Shown here piece after piece: positions 1 through 5,269 of a stretch of 8,178 nt of DNA (within the stretch, counting starts at the first letter, position 1; the number at the start of each line of letters is the position of its first letter). Source of the stretch: Nitrosomonas europaea. GTDB taxonomy: Bacteria > Pseudomonadota > Gammaproteobacteria > Burkholderiales > Nitrosomonadaceae. Made by a program: the position numbers and the translations under genes. Location: contig NZ_FUWK01000062.1 in assembly GCF_900167395.1 (NCBI RefSeq), positions 1-8,178 of the forward strand, given 5' to 3'. The notes under the pieces are model-generated. The model was given only the letters and a program-made list of their open reading frames with translations, had not been told where the DNA came from and ran no database searches.

Positions 1-319
1 CAGAGGATCGCAATACGTGTCGATCCGTTATACCGAACGTCTGGCACAAGCCGGTATTGAACCGTCTGTCGGCAGTCGCGGTGACAGTTACGATAATGCG
101 CTGGCTGAAACGATCAATGGCCTGTACAAGGCTGAACTGATACACAGGAGAGCTCCCTGGAAAACCAGGGCTGCTGTGGAGCTGGCAACTTTGGAATGGG
201 TTGCCTGGTATAACCATCAACGCCTGCTTGGATCTATCGGGTATATTCCTCCAGCTCAGGCTGAAGAAAACTACCGACAAACCCAGGATAATAAGACATT
301 GATGGATATTTTACTTTAA
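1..319 (+). CDS. IS3-family transposase OrfB (DDE/rve integrase core), C-terminal part; 5' end lies outside the window
   Basis: The frame is open from nt 2 and reads RGSQYVSIRYTERLAQAGIEPSVGSRGDSYDNALAETINGLYKAELIH...WYNHQRLLGSIGYIPPAQAEENY. That covers the (HSD)RGSQY motif, the GDSYDNALAE..NG.YK.E block and the YN..R.H..LGY..P tail typical of IS3-family (IS51/IS6110-like) OrfB. Stop at 317-319. Confidence 0.9.
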   Translation, partial: RGSQYVSIRYTERLAQAGIEPSVGSRGDSYDNALAETINGLYKAELIHRRAPWKTRAAVELATLEWVAWYNHQRLLGSIGYIPPAQAEENYRQTQDNKTLMDILL

Positions 320-354
320 CCAAATAGCCTCCTCGATTGTCGGGACGGTTCACA
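1..354 (+). mobile_element. Right end of an IS3-family insertion sequence (transposase 3' end plus terminal inverted repeat)
   Basis: Downstream of the transposase stop the sequence ...CGATTGTCGGGACGGTTCA(CA) ends at 352/354. Read inward from that end it is TG(TG)AACCGTCCCGACAATCG, giving the TG...CA termini of IS3-family IRs. It shares the GACAATC block with the IR at 3544. The exact terminus (352 vs 354) is ambiguous. Confidence 0.55.
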
Positions 355-383
355 ATGGAGTTACATCTTAGAGTAAAGAGCAG

Positions 384-842
384 TCATGAACGAAGCCTGG
401 AATCGAATGTAAAATTACGGATAATTTCAATCGTAACTTCTTTCATCATTGGATGATTTGGGTTGATGACTATGTTTCGAGCCTCTGGAATTACCGCTGA
501 CGGCACAATTAAACCGAGATATTTTCCATTGAGTAAGAAAGAATCACCATAGGTAGCTGCAGTTGGAGATCCGGGAAGGGCACTCCAACCATCTGGTAAA
601 GCATCAGGCGGCGGAATTTTGTAAAGGCTATTATCATCCGGCAAAGTCATTCTGACAACCACAAGATTCAGTGGAAGATTCGAACCTGTATGTACCAGCT
701 TCTCCATAGCAGCGATTCCCAGCGAGAGACCAGCATAAATTGCTGGTATGCTGGCGCTATTCCAGCGTTGACCTTTTATGCTGGCTCCATATCCGGTACG
801 GTCCAGAGCAAATTCTTTTCTGGAAATTCTCCAGACAAACAC
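384..842 (-). CDS. RES-domain toxin (NAD+-targeting type II TA toxin of the RES-Xre / ParT-MbcT type)
   Basis: 152 aa carrying the three signature positions in order: GQRWN (Arg), AAMEKLVH (Glu) and IVPSAVIPEARNIVINPNHP (Ser). GTG start; GGAGG lies about 9 nt upstream. Its start overlaps the upstream antitoxin stop by 1 nt (TAGTG). Confidence 0.9.
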   Translation of the reverse strand: MFVWRISRKEFALDRTGYGASIKGQRWNSASIPAIYAGLSLGIAAMEKLVHTGSNLPLNLVVVRMTLPDDNSLYKIPPPDALPDGWSALPGSPTAATYGDSFLLNGKYLGLIVPSAVIPEARNIVINPNHPMMKEVTIEIIRNFTFDSRLRS

Positions 843-1297
843 TAGGCAATGCCTCCATAAGCAATGGAAGCCAAAACTTTCCTTACTTCATCAGCACCCA
901 TATCAGTATCAAGTAACGATAGAGGGGATTCGCCCAAAGCCAGATTAGATTCGAGCATCCAACGCTTCGCCAGATCTGAAGAATCAAAAACTTTTTCTGC
1001 TTCGGCCTCGATTAGTGCAATTCGTGCCAATCTCTCGGATTCCAAAGGACCAAGTTTTCCGCTCGATCTGATCTTTCTGGTAATGGTTGCATCAGAGATA
1101 CCAAGTAACTTTGAAAGTTTTGCTTGAGATATACCGTAGTACCGCCCGGCACCAACTAAATGAGTTACTTTTACTCCATCTCGCACCATCTTAATCCTTT
1201 TAGCCGGAGGCATTTTCAGGATCGTCATGCCCCATTCCAGGAAAGAATGTCCGGATGATATTTCCTTTTGTTTGGCTTGTTTTCGCTCAATGTTCAT
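842..1297 (-). CDS. Xre-family HTH antitoxin with C-terminal DUF2384 (ParS/MbcA toxin-binding) domain
   Basis: HTH-like YGISQAKLSKLLGISDATITRKI is followed by GKLGPLESERLARIALIEAEAEKVFDSSDLAKRWMLESNLALGESPLSLLDTDMGADEVRKVLASIAYG, the classic DUF2384 pattern. It sits directly upstream of the RES toxin. The longest ORF starts at 1297 with no SD. An internal ATG at 1189 (MVRDG...) is preceded by AAGGA 5 nt upstream and may be the true start. Confidence 0.85.
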   Translation of the reverse strand: MNIERKQAKQKEISSGHSFLEWGMTILKMPPAKRIKMVRDGVKVTHLVGAGRYYGISQAKLSKLLGISDATITRKIRSSGKLGPLESERLARIALIEAEAEKVFDSSDLAKRWMLESNLALGESPLSLLDTDMGADEVRKVLASIAYGGIA

Positions 1298-1375
1298 TAT
1301 TTAATACAGTCAAATGATTAGATATTTACACTCGAAAGATTATATCATTAATAAAGATAAGGATTCTATTCAAAG

Positions 1376-1575
1376 TGACCTGACCAGCCTTTTTCGATTT
1401 AAGGGAACTTGAGACAATGTCATCTTGACGAGAGAAAGGCGTATGAAGAAGACGCAATACAGTGATGAACAGATCGTCCGGATCCTGCGGAAACGGACAA
1501 GGATACAGTGGCCGAGATTGTCAGGCGCTACACACCTGGCGCAAGGAATACGGTAGCATGGTGATCGAAATGTAG
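1376..1575 (+). pseudogene. Decayed left end of an IS3-family IS: terminal IR plus frameshifted/deleted orfA remnant
   Basis: TGACCTGACCAGCC... at 1376 is an IS3-type terminal IR and has the same TGACCTG start as the IR at 3544. The ATG at 1443 opens MKKTQYSDEQIVRILR, and two shifted frames then give ETDKDTVAEIVRRY and TWRKEYGSMVIEM*. These are the conserved IS3 OrfA blocks (HTH ... TWRK.YG), but they are spread over three frames with internal deletion. Confidence 0.65.
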
Positions 1576-1656
1576 CATCTATTGGCCTGTGCTTTTCTTC
1601 TATGGCCAGGGCAATGGCTAGCCGTGGGTTCGACGACGACAATCCCCGTAGCCTCT

Positions 1657-1945
1657 TCATTTTTGTCAGTTTTACGATGTGCTGTGTAGGTAATCCTCTA
1701 CAAAATAGTGGTGAATGGAGGAATTACCAAGCCATATGCACATAAAGGCCGCGATGATTACCAGAACGAAGAGGAGATTCTTCTGCTTGTGCAATTTCCT
1801 CTTCTTTTCTTCTGGCGGGAAGCTTACTCCCCCGAACGAAATTTTTGTAGCAGCATGAAAACCGTGGTCGATCCCCATTTTTCTGCACACACCGTCTTGA
1901 TAGCATCGGCAGACAAAAATCCTGGAATTATCAGTATACGTACGT
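1657..1945 (+). repeat. Copy A of a ~289-bp dispersed direct repeat (partner at 4158-4446)
   Basis: Hand alignment to 4158-4446 shows long identical runs, e.g. CTACAAAATAGTGGTGAATGGAGG, CGCGATGATTACCAGAACGAAGAG, TGCTTGTGCAATTTCCTCTTCTTTT, AAATTTTTGTAGCAGCATGAAAAC and ACCGTCTTGATAGCA. Scattered transitions plus a 3-nt and a 2-nt indel separate the copies. Identity is high from about 1684 and weaker back to about 1657. Confidence 0.85.
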
Positions 1946-1994
1946 AACCCATGGGATCGTTTCTTCAAGGAAAAGTACTTTTGATCATTGTCAC

Positions 1995-2189
1995 ATGGTT
2001 AAAGTAAAAACGCCTTTTCCTGAGGGGTTCTCACCGATAGGCATGAGTGGGAGCGCGCTATACGGTATGGACCGGAATGGAAATGTTCGATTTGGTGGTG
2101 CTGTAATTGAATTCAACGAATACACAAACGAATATATGGTTATTGGTGCAGCCATCCTGTCAGGGTTGCTTGGTCATGAAAATGCCTAA
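1995..2189 (+). CDS. Hypothetical 64-aa cassette ORF, possibly the 3' remnant of a longer gene truncated by the repeat/IS insertion
   Basis: The ORF ends with its TAA inside the R'' box GCCTAAC of the following attC, which is typical for cassette genes. The frame stays open upstream of the ATG into repeat A. It contains GMSGSALYG, faintly like a serine-hydrolase GxSGx motif. No SD is evident. Confidence 0.35.
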   Translation: MVKVKTPFPEGFSPIGMSGSALYGMDRNGNVRFGGAVIEFNEYTNEYMVIGAAILSGLLGHENA

Positions 2190-2261
2190 CAAGGCCATTA
2201 AGTTCGCTCCCTGCGGTCGCCGGACGTTCGCAAGCTCGCGCCGTTTATGGCGGCGTTAGAG
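2184..2261 (+). other. Integron attC recombination site #1 (R'' GCCTAAC 2184-2190 ... R' GTTAGAG 2255-2261)
   Basis: R'' fits RYYYAAC and R' is close to GTTRRRY. An imperfect palindrome lies between them (GCCATTAA / TTTATGGC arms and a GC-rich centre). Total length is 78 bp. The TTAGAGC following the predicted G|TT crossover is the reverse complement of the R'' at the end of the next cassette (2786-2793). Confidence 0.75.
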
Positions 2262-2277
2262 CATATCATCCAGATAC

Positions 2278-2313
2278 TTGATTCCCACTCAATAAAGGTA
2301 TACTTTCTATACC
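2278..2313 (+). promoter_or_regulatory. Putative brnTA promoter with overlapping palindromic operator
   Basis: TTGATT (2278-2283), a 15-nt spacer, then TATACT (2299-2304). The inverted repeat GGTATA (2297-2302) / TATACC (2308-2313) overlaps the -10 and abuts the ATG at 2314. No SD is present, which would imply a leaderless or near-leaderless mRNA. Motif matches only. Confidence 0.3.
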
Positions 2314-2577
2314 ATGATAGCTTTTGAGTTTGACGAGGCAAAGAGTCAGGCCAATCTTCTGAAACATGGCATCAGCTTTGTTGATGCTCAAGCATTATGG
2401 AATGACCCAAGATTACTGGAGATTCCCGCAAAAACAGAAGATGAACCACGATACCTTATGATAGGGCTGATTAACGGCAAACACTGGTCTGCCGTTATCA
2501 CTTACAGGGGTACAAATATCAGGCTTATTTCCGTTCGTTGCTCACGTACCGAGGAGGTGACACTATATGAAAGCTAA
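2314..2577 (+). CDS. brnT: BrnT (DUF497) ribonuclease toxin of a type II TA system
   Basis: 87 aa. FEFDEAKSQANLLKHGISFVDAQALWNDP...RYLMIGLINGKHWSAVITYRGTNIRLISVRCSRTEE matches the BrnT/DUF497 layout (FEWD..K...N..KHG.SF.EA..VF.DP ... IRIISAR.A...E). It overlaps the downstream antitoxin by 11 nt. Confidence 0.9.
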   Translation: MIAFEFDEAKSQANLLKHGISFVDAQALWNDPRLLEIPAKTEDEPRYLMIGLINGKHWSAVITYRGTNIRLISVRCSRTEEVTLYES

Positions 2578-2818
2578 AGATTTTGAACAGCAGTTTGACG
2601 AAGGCGTTGATATTACTGCTTCGCTGGATTTGTCAAAGGCAAAGCGCGTATTGCAAGAGCAAAAACGTGTCAATGTCGATTTCCCAACGTGGATGATTGA
2701 GTCTCTTGACCGGGAAGCTGAAAAGCTTGGTGTGACCAGGCAATCTATCATTAAGGTGTGGCTTGCCGAACGCCTCGAAAAGGCTGCTCTAACCCATCCA
2801 TCAAGCGGGACGCGCTAA
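2567..2818 (+). CDS. brnA: BrnA-type / CopG ribbon-helix-helix antitoxin partner of BrnT
   Basis: 83 aa. KRVNVDFPTWMIESLDREAEKLGVTRQSIIKVWLAERLEK is an RHH (beta strand plus two helices) module. GAGGAGG lies 7-9 nt upstream of the ATG. The C-terminal tail and stop codon are encoded inside attC #2. Confidence 0.85.
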   Translation: MKAKDFEQQFDEGVDITASLDLSKAKRVLQEQKRVNVDFPTWMIESLDREAEKLGVTRQSIIKVWLAERLEKAALTHPSSGTR

Positions 2819-2846
2819 AGCGCGCCCCTTATGTCCAACGTTAGCC
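2786..2846 (+). other. Integron attC recombination site #2 (R'' (G)CTCTAAC 2786-2793 ... R' GTTAGCC 2840-2846)
   Basis: The arms CATcAAGCGGGaCGCGC / GCGCGCCCCTTATG pair, leaving an unpaired C (2802, = G on the bottom strand) and A. The spacer is TCCAAC before GTT. GCTCTAAC is the exact reverse complement of GTTAGAGC at the start of the same cassette (2255-2262). Confidence 0.75.
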
Positions 2847-2891
2847 TGCAATTGAAGCGATTGCATATTGCGTCGTACGTACAATATACGT

Positions 2892-3156
2892 ATGAGTCTA
2901 TCCTTCGAGTGGGATCCAGAACCTGCGCAAGCATGGTGTTTCGTTCGAAGAGGCTGCGTCAGTGTTCTCCGACGAGCGAGCTCGCCTCATTGACGATCCC
3001 GACCATTCGGCTGAGGAGGAACGGTTCGTCTTGCTGGGTTTCAGCGCGAATCTTCGAGTCCTTGTCGTGGTTCATTGTTACCGGAGATCTGGAAGCACGA
3101 TTCGCCTTATTTCCGCCCGGAAGGCGACACGAGAGGAGAGGCGGTTTTACCCATAG
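2892..3156 (+). pseudogene. brnT-like (DUF497) toxin gene inactivated by a frameshifting deletion near codon 10
   Basis: The ATG at 2892 gives MSLSFEWDPE. The conserved continuation NLRKHGVSFEEAASVFSDERARLIDDPDHSAEEERFVLLGFSANLRVLVVVHCYRRSGSTIRLISARKATREERRFY is in the +1 frame from 2920. About 3-4 codons that normally sit between FEWDP. and NLRKHG are missing. The original frame stops after 33 codons. Confidence 0.8.
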
Positions 3157-3158
3157 GT

Positions 3159-3374
3159 ATGCCCATGAGACAACAGTATGACTTCAGTTCATCGAGGAAG
3201 AATCCCTACGCTGCGAAGCTCAAGAAGCCGGTGACGATTCGGCTGGACGAGGAGTCGATTTCCTACTTCAAGTCGATGTCCGAGGAAACTGGCATTCCGT
3301 ATCAGAGCTTGATCAATCTCTATCTGAAGGAATGCGCAGCATCAGGTAAGCGGCTGAATCTCTCGTGGAAGTAG
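3159..3374 (+). CDS. brnA: BrnA-family antitoxin (COG3514 / BrnA_antitoxin type), apparently intact
   Basis: MPMRQQYDFSSSRKNPYAAKLKKPVTIRLDEESISYFKSMSEETGIPYQSLINLYLKECAASGKRLNLSWK matches the family pattern YDFS.a.rNPYa..LKK.VTIRLD.d.i.YFK.la.etGipYQtLINlyLrdCa. The ATG at 3159 lies just after the brnT pseudogene stop. The 99-aa ORF on the track (start 3075) is an upstream extension. Confidence 0.85.
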   Translation: MPMRQQYDFSSSRKNPYAAKLKKPVTIRLDEESISYFKSMSEETGIPYQSLINLYLKECAASGKRLNLSWK

Positions 3375-3379
3375 CGCGT

Positions 3380-3451
3380 TGCCGTCTAACAATTAAGGTT
3401 ATGTCGTGATCGCGAAGCGAACCACGGCATAACCTTAATTGTTAGACGGCA
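3380..3451 (+). other. Integron attC site #3 (R'' GTCTAAC 3384-3390 ... R' GTTAGAC 3441-3447) forming a near-perfect 29-bp-stem hairpin
   Basis: TGCCGTCTAACAATTAAGGTTATGTCGTG (3380-3408) is the reverse complement of 3423-3451 with a single T/C difference. The loop contains CGCGAAGCG. The R boxes fit RYYYAAC/GTTRRRY perfectly. The site starts 6 nt after the brnA stop. Its R'' side is 10/12 complementary to the start of its cassette (GTTAGCCTGCAA at 2840). Confidence 0.7.
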
Positions 3452-3543
3452 GTTGCGTCAGCTTGAGTACTTTCATTTTTTTGAATTGCTCTCAATGCGA
3501 CCTGGTAGCAGTCGTCAACATGAGAATTTCCAACTAACTTCAT

Positions 3544-4161
3544 TGACCTGGTCAAGTAAAAGCGGACAATCCAGTTAAGCAACATATTTCAACATTTCCA
3601 TTTCTGCCTCATATTGGTTTGGACTTTTGTAGCCCAAGTATGAATGCAGTCGATGGCTGTTATAAAGCAGGAAATATACTGCAGCACATCTTGCTGTGCT
3701 GCATAGCGAGTCAGGTAGCATTGCCGATGGATTTGCTCCTGTTTAAGGCTACCGAATAAGCGCTCAGCCACTGAATCATGCCGGACCTTGTCCTCTTGCT
3801 TGTCAGATCGCGAAACTGCGCTACGCTTGTTTTCCCAACAATTTCCCACACGACTCATACTGCCGATAAAACCATGTATTTTTAAAAGTTGGCGGTACTG
3901 TTTGCTGGCGTATTGCGATCCACGATTCGAATGTGCTATCAGTCCTGCTTATGGTTGACGTTGCCAGACAGCCATTTGCAATGCATCACAAACCAGTTTT
4001 GCTTTCATTCTTGTACTCATACTCCAGCCGACCATCGTCAGATCACGCAAGGGTCGCAAGGTAGAAAGTCTGGCGACAATAATGGTCGATGAGGTACTGA
4101 CGAAACTTGCAACTATTCTGGATTGAAGGGAAGGGAAGGGATGCGATGGTGAAGAGCTCAT
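3544..4161 (-). pseudogene. IS3-family transposase orfB remnant with its terminal IR; 5'-truncated, with an in-frame stop and a mutated catalytic motif
   Basis: The minus strand reads ...DLTMVGWSMSTRMKAKLVCDALQMAVWQRQP*AGLIAHSNRGSQYASKQYRQLLKIHGFIGSMSRVGNCWEN...VAERLFGSLKQEQIH...RYAAQQDVLQYI. These are IS3 OrfB blocks in order. There is a TAA at 3949-3951, HSNRGSQY replaces HSDRGSQY, and there is an odd insertion after GNCW. The N-terminal ~100 codons and orfA are absent. The terminal IR TGACCTGGTCAAGTAAAAGCGGACAATCC starts at 3544. Confidence 0.85.
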
Positions 4162-4446
4162 TTACTCATTTTTTATCGGGACGTGTTGTGTACGGTAATC
4201 CCCTACAAAATAGTGGTGAATGGAGGGATTATCAAGCCACATGCACATAAAGGTCGCGATGATTACCAGAACGAAGAGAAGATTCTTTTGCTTGTGCAAT
4301 TTCCTCTTCTTTTGTTCTGGTGGGCTTATTCTCCCGAATGAAATTTTTGTAGCAGCATGAAAACTGTGGTTGATCCTCATTTTTCTGCACACCGTCTTGA
4401 TAGCAATCGACAGACAAAAATCTCGGAACAGCCAGCATACGTGTCA
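4158..4446 (+). repeat. Copy B of the ~289-bp dispersed direct repeat (partner at 1657-1945)
   Basis: See copy A. It has the same orientation and begins exactly where the IS3 orfB remnant is truncated. Similarity ends around CATACGT (4436-4442). Confidence 0.85.
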
Positions 4447-4770
4447 ACAACTTCAATATGAATGATCATCCAGATTCAGGATCCTGGATGTTGATATATC
4501 AGCCACCCTCACTCTCACCGTAATAAACAGATAATTCTTCCTTTACTCGTTGATTGAGATCAACTTCAAACGCAGCAGAATGCCTGAAACCTCATTTTTG
4601 AAATTTCAAAGGAGCTGTTTTTCTCCTGATCAAGGTAGCAAGCCGCTGCGAAGCTGATCGAATGAGCAAGGTGTAATCAGGACAGAAGATTGCGATATTT
4701 CACTCATGCAGTTCTTTTAATTCAAAATCTTACTGAATAATGAGTTTTGTTATACACCTATTTACAAAGA

Positions 4771-4807
4771 AGTATGCACCGCTTGCGGTGCATACTAAAC
4801 GTTGGGC
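4771..4807 (+). other. Hairpin plus R' core site GTTGGGC: 3' part of an attC whose R'' half I cannot find (probable attC remnant)
   Basis: AGTATGCACCG-CTTG-CGGTGCATACT (4771-4796) is a perfect 11-bp stem. It is followed by the spacer AAAC and GTTGGGC (4801-4807), the same L'-spacer-R' layout as attC #2 and #4 (..TCCAAC GTTAGCC, ..TTCAAC GTTAGGC). No RYYYAAC box is visible upstream. Confidence 0.45.
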
Positions 4808-4833
4808 GTCACACTGAACCTTCTGAGGCAACG

Positions 4834-5250
4834 ATGGACGAAAACTCACAGGCTAATAAGCACAAACATCTTGACTTCATTCAGGCTGCAATCAATCGAA
4901 TGGCAGGTAACTTGTTCTTGCTAAAAGGCTGGAGTATCACGTTGATTGCCGCATTGTTTGCACTAGCTGCGAAAGACTCAAACAAGCTCTACATCGTAAT
5001 CGCGTATTTCCCCTTATTTATTTTCTGGGCGTTAGACGGCTACTTTCTAAGCCAAGAACGCAAGTTCCGAGCCCTGTACGACCACGTTCGCACTCTCGAT
5101 GAGTCTCAGATTGACTTTTCGATGGACACAAGACCATTTAGCAGCGATATCCGAAATACGTGGGCTGGCTCTGCGTCGTCCAAGACCCTTGTTGTTTACT
5201 ACGCTGGGCTGGCTGTTGTAATGCTCATTCTCATGTACGTAGTGCGGTAG
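4834..5250 (+). CDS. Small (138 aa) predicted 3-TM membrane protein of unknown family; first gene of the TM + TIR cassette
   Basis: The ATG at 4834 has GAGG 5 nt upstream and lies 32 nt inside the cassette boundary. The track's longer start (4747, TTG) would begin in the preceding attC remnant. Hydrophobic segments are WSITLIAALFALAA, LYIVIAYFPLFIFWALDGYFL and TLVVYYAGLAVVMLILMYVV. There is an amphipathic N-terminus (HLDFIQAAINRMAGNLFLLKGW) and a polar ~45-aa loop (SQERKFRALYDHVRTLDESQIDFSMDTRPFSSDIRNTW). Confidence 0.75.
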   Translation: MDENSQANKHKHLDFIQAAINRMAGNLFLLKGWSITLIAALFALAAKDSNKLYIVIAYFPLFIFWALDGYFLSQERKFRALYDHVRTLDESQIDFSMDTRPFSSDIRNTWAGSASSKTLVVYYAGLAVVMLILMYVVR

Positions 5251-5269
5251 TTACCAAAGGAGAGGATTG

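Noticed and set aside
864-1127. 87-aa + strand ORF opposite the Xre antitoxin
   Set aside because: It is antisense to a well-supported DUF2384 antitoxin, has a Ser-rich low-complexity translation and has no SD.
1370-1660. 96-aa minus-strand ORF (MKRLRGLSSSNPRL...)
   Set aside because: It runs antisense across the IS3 IR and orfA remnant and has a Cys/Arg-rich odd composition. There is no SD and no recognisable motif. The + strand here carries clearer, though decayed, IS3 OrfA blocks.
1672-1968. ORFs inside the 289-bp repeats (1672-1968 -, 1708-1947 +, 1724-1906 -, 4162-4392 -, 4232-4456 -) as small membrane-protein genes
   Set aside because: Comparing the two copies gives about 12 non-synonymous vs 4 synonymous changes in the shared frame. 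A 2-nt indel puts the upstream parts in different frames. There is no SD. Overlapping ORFs on both strands indicate chance open frames in a non-coding repeat.
2563-3181. ORFs 2563-2751 (-), 2831-3181 (+) and the 99-aa version of 3075-3374 (+)
   Set aside because: The first is antisense to brnA. The second starts in attC #2 and runs out of frame through the brnT pseudogene. The third is an upstream extension of the BrnA-family gene through the end of the brnT pseudogene. Family-consistent sequence begins at the ATG at 3159.
3380-3451. Reading the long hairpin as a Rho-independent terminator, or as paired Neisseria-type DNA uptake sequences (GCCGTCTAAC resembles GCCGTCTGAA)
   Set aside because: No U-tract directly follows the stem; the T-run is about 20 nt downstream. 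The DUS match fails at the last positions (TAAC vs TGAA). The element's ends fit RYYYAAC/GTTRRRY and the cassette-end complementarity rule, so attC is the better explanation. A terminator-like side effect remains possible.
3889-4092. 67-aa + strand ORF within the IS3 remnant
   Set aside because: It is antisense to recognisable IS3 OrfB blocks and shows no motif.
4747-4833. Longer start (TTG 4747 or ATG 4774) for the membrane protein, adding MLYTYLQRSMHRLRCILNVGRHTEPSEAT
   Set aside because: The extension would start in the previous attC remnant and run through a perfect 11-bp hairpin and the cassette crossover point. It has no SD, whereas the ATG at 4834 has GAGG at ideal spacing.
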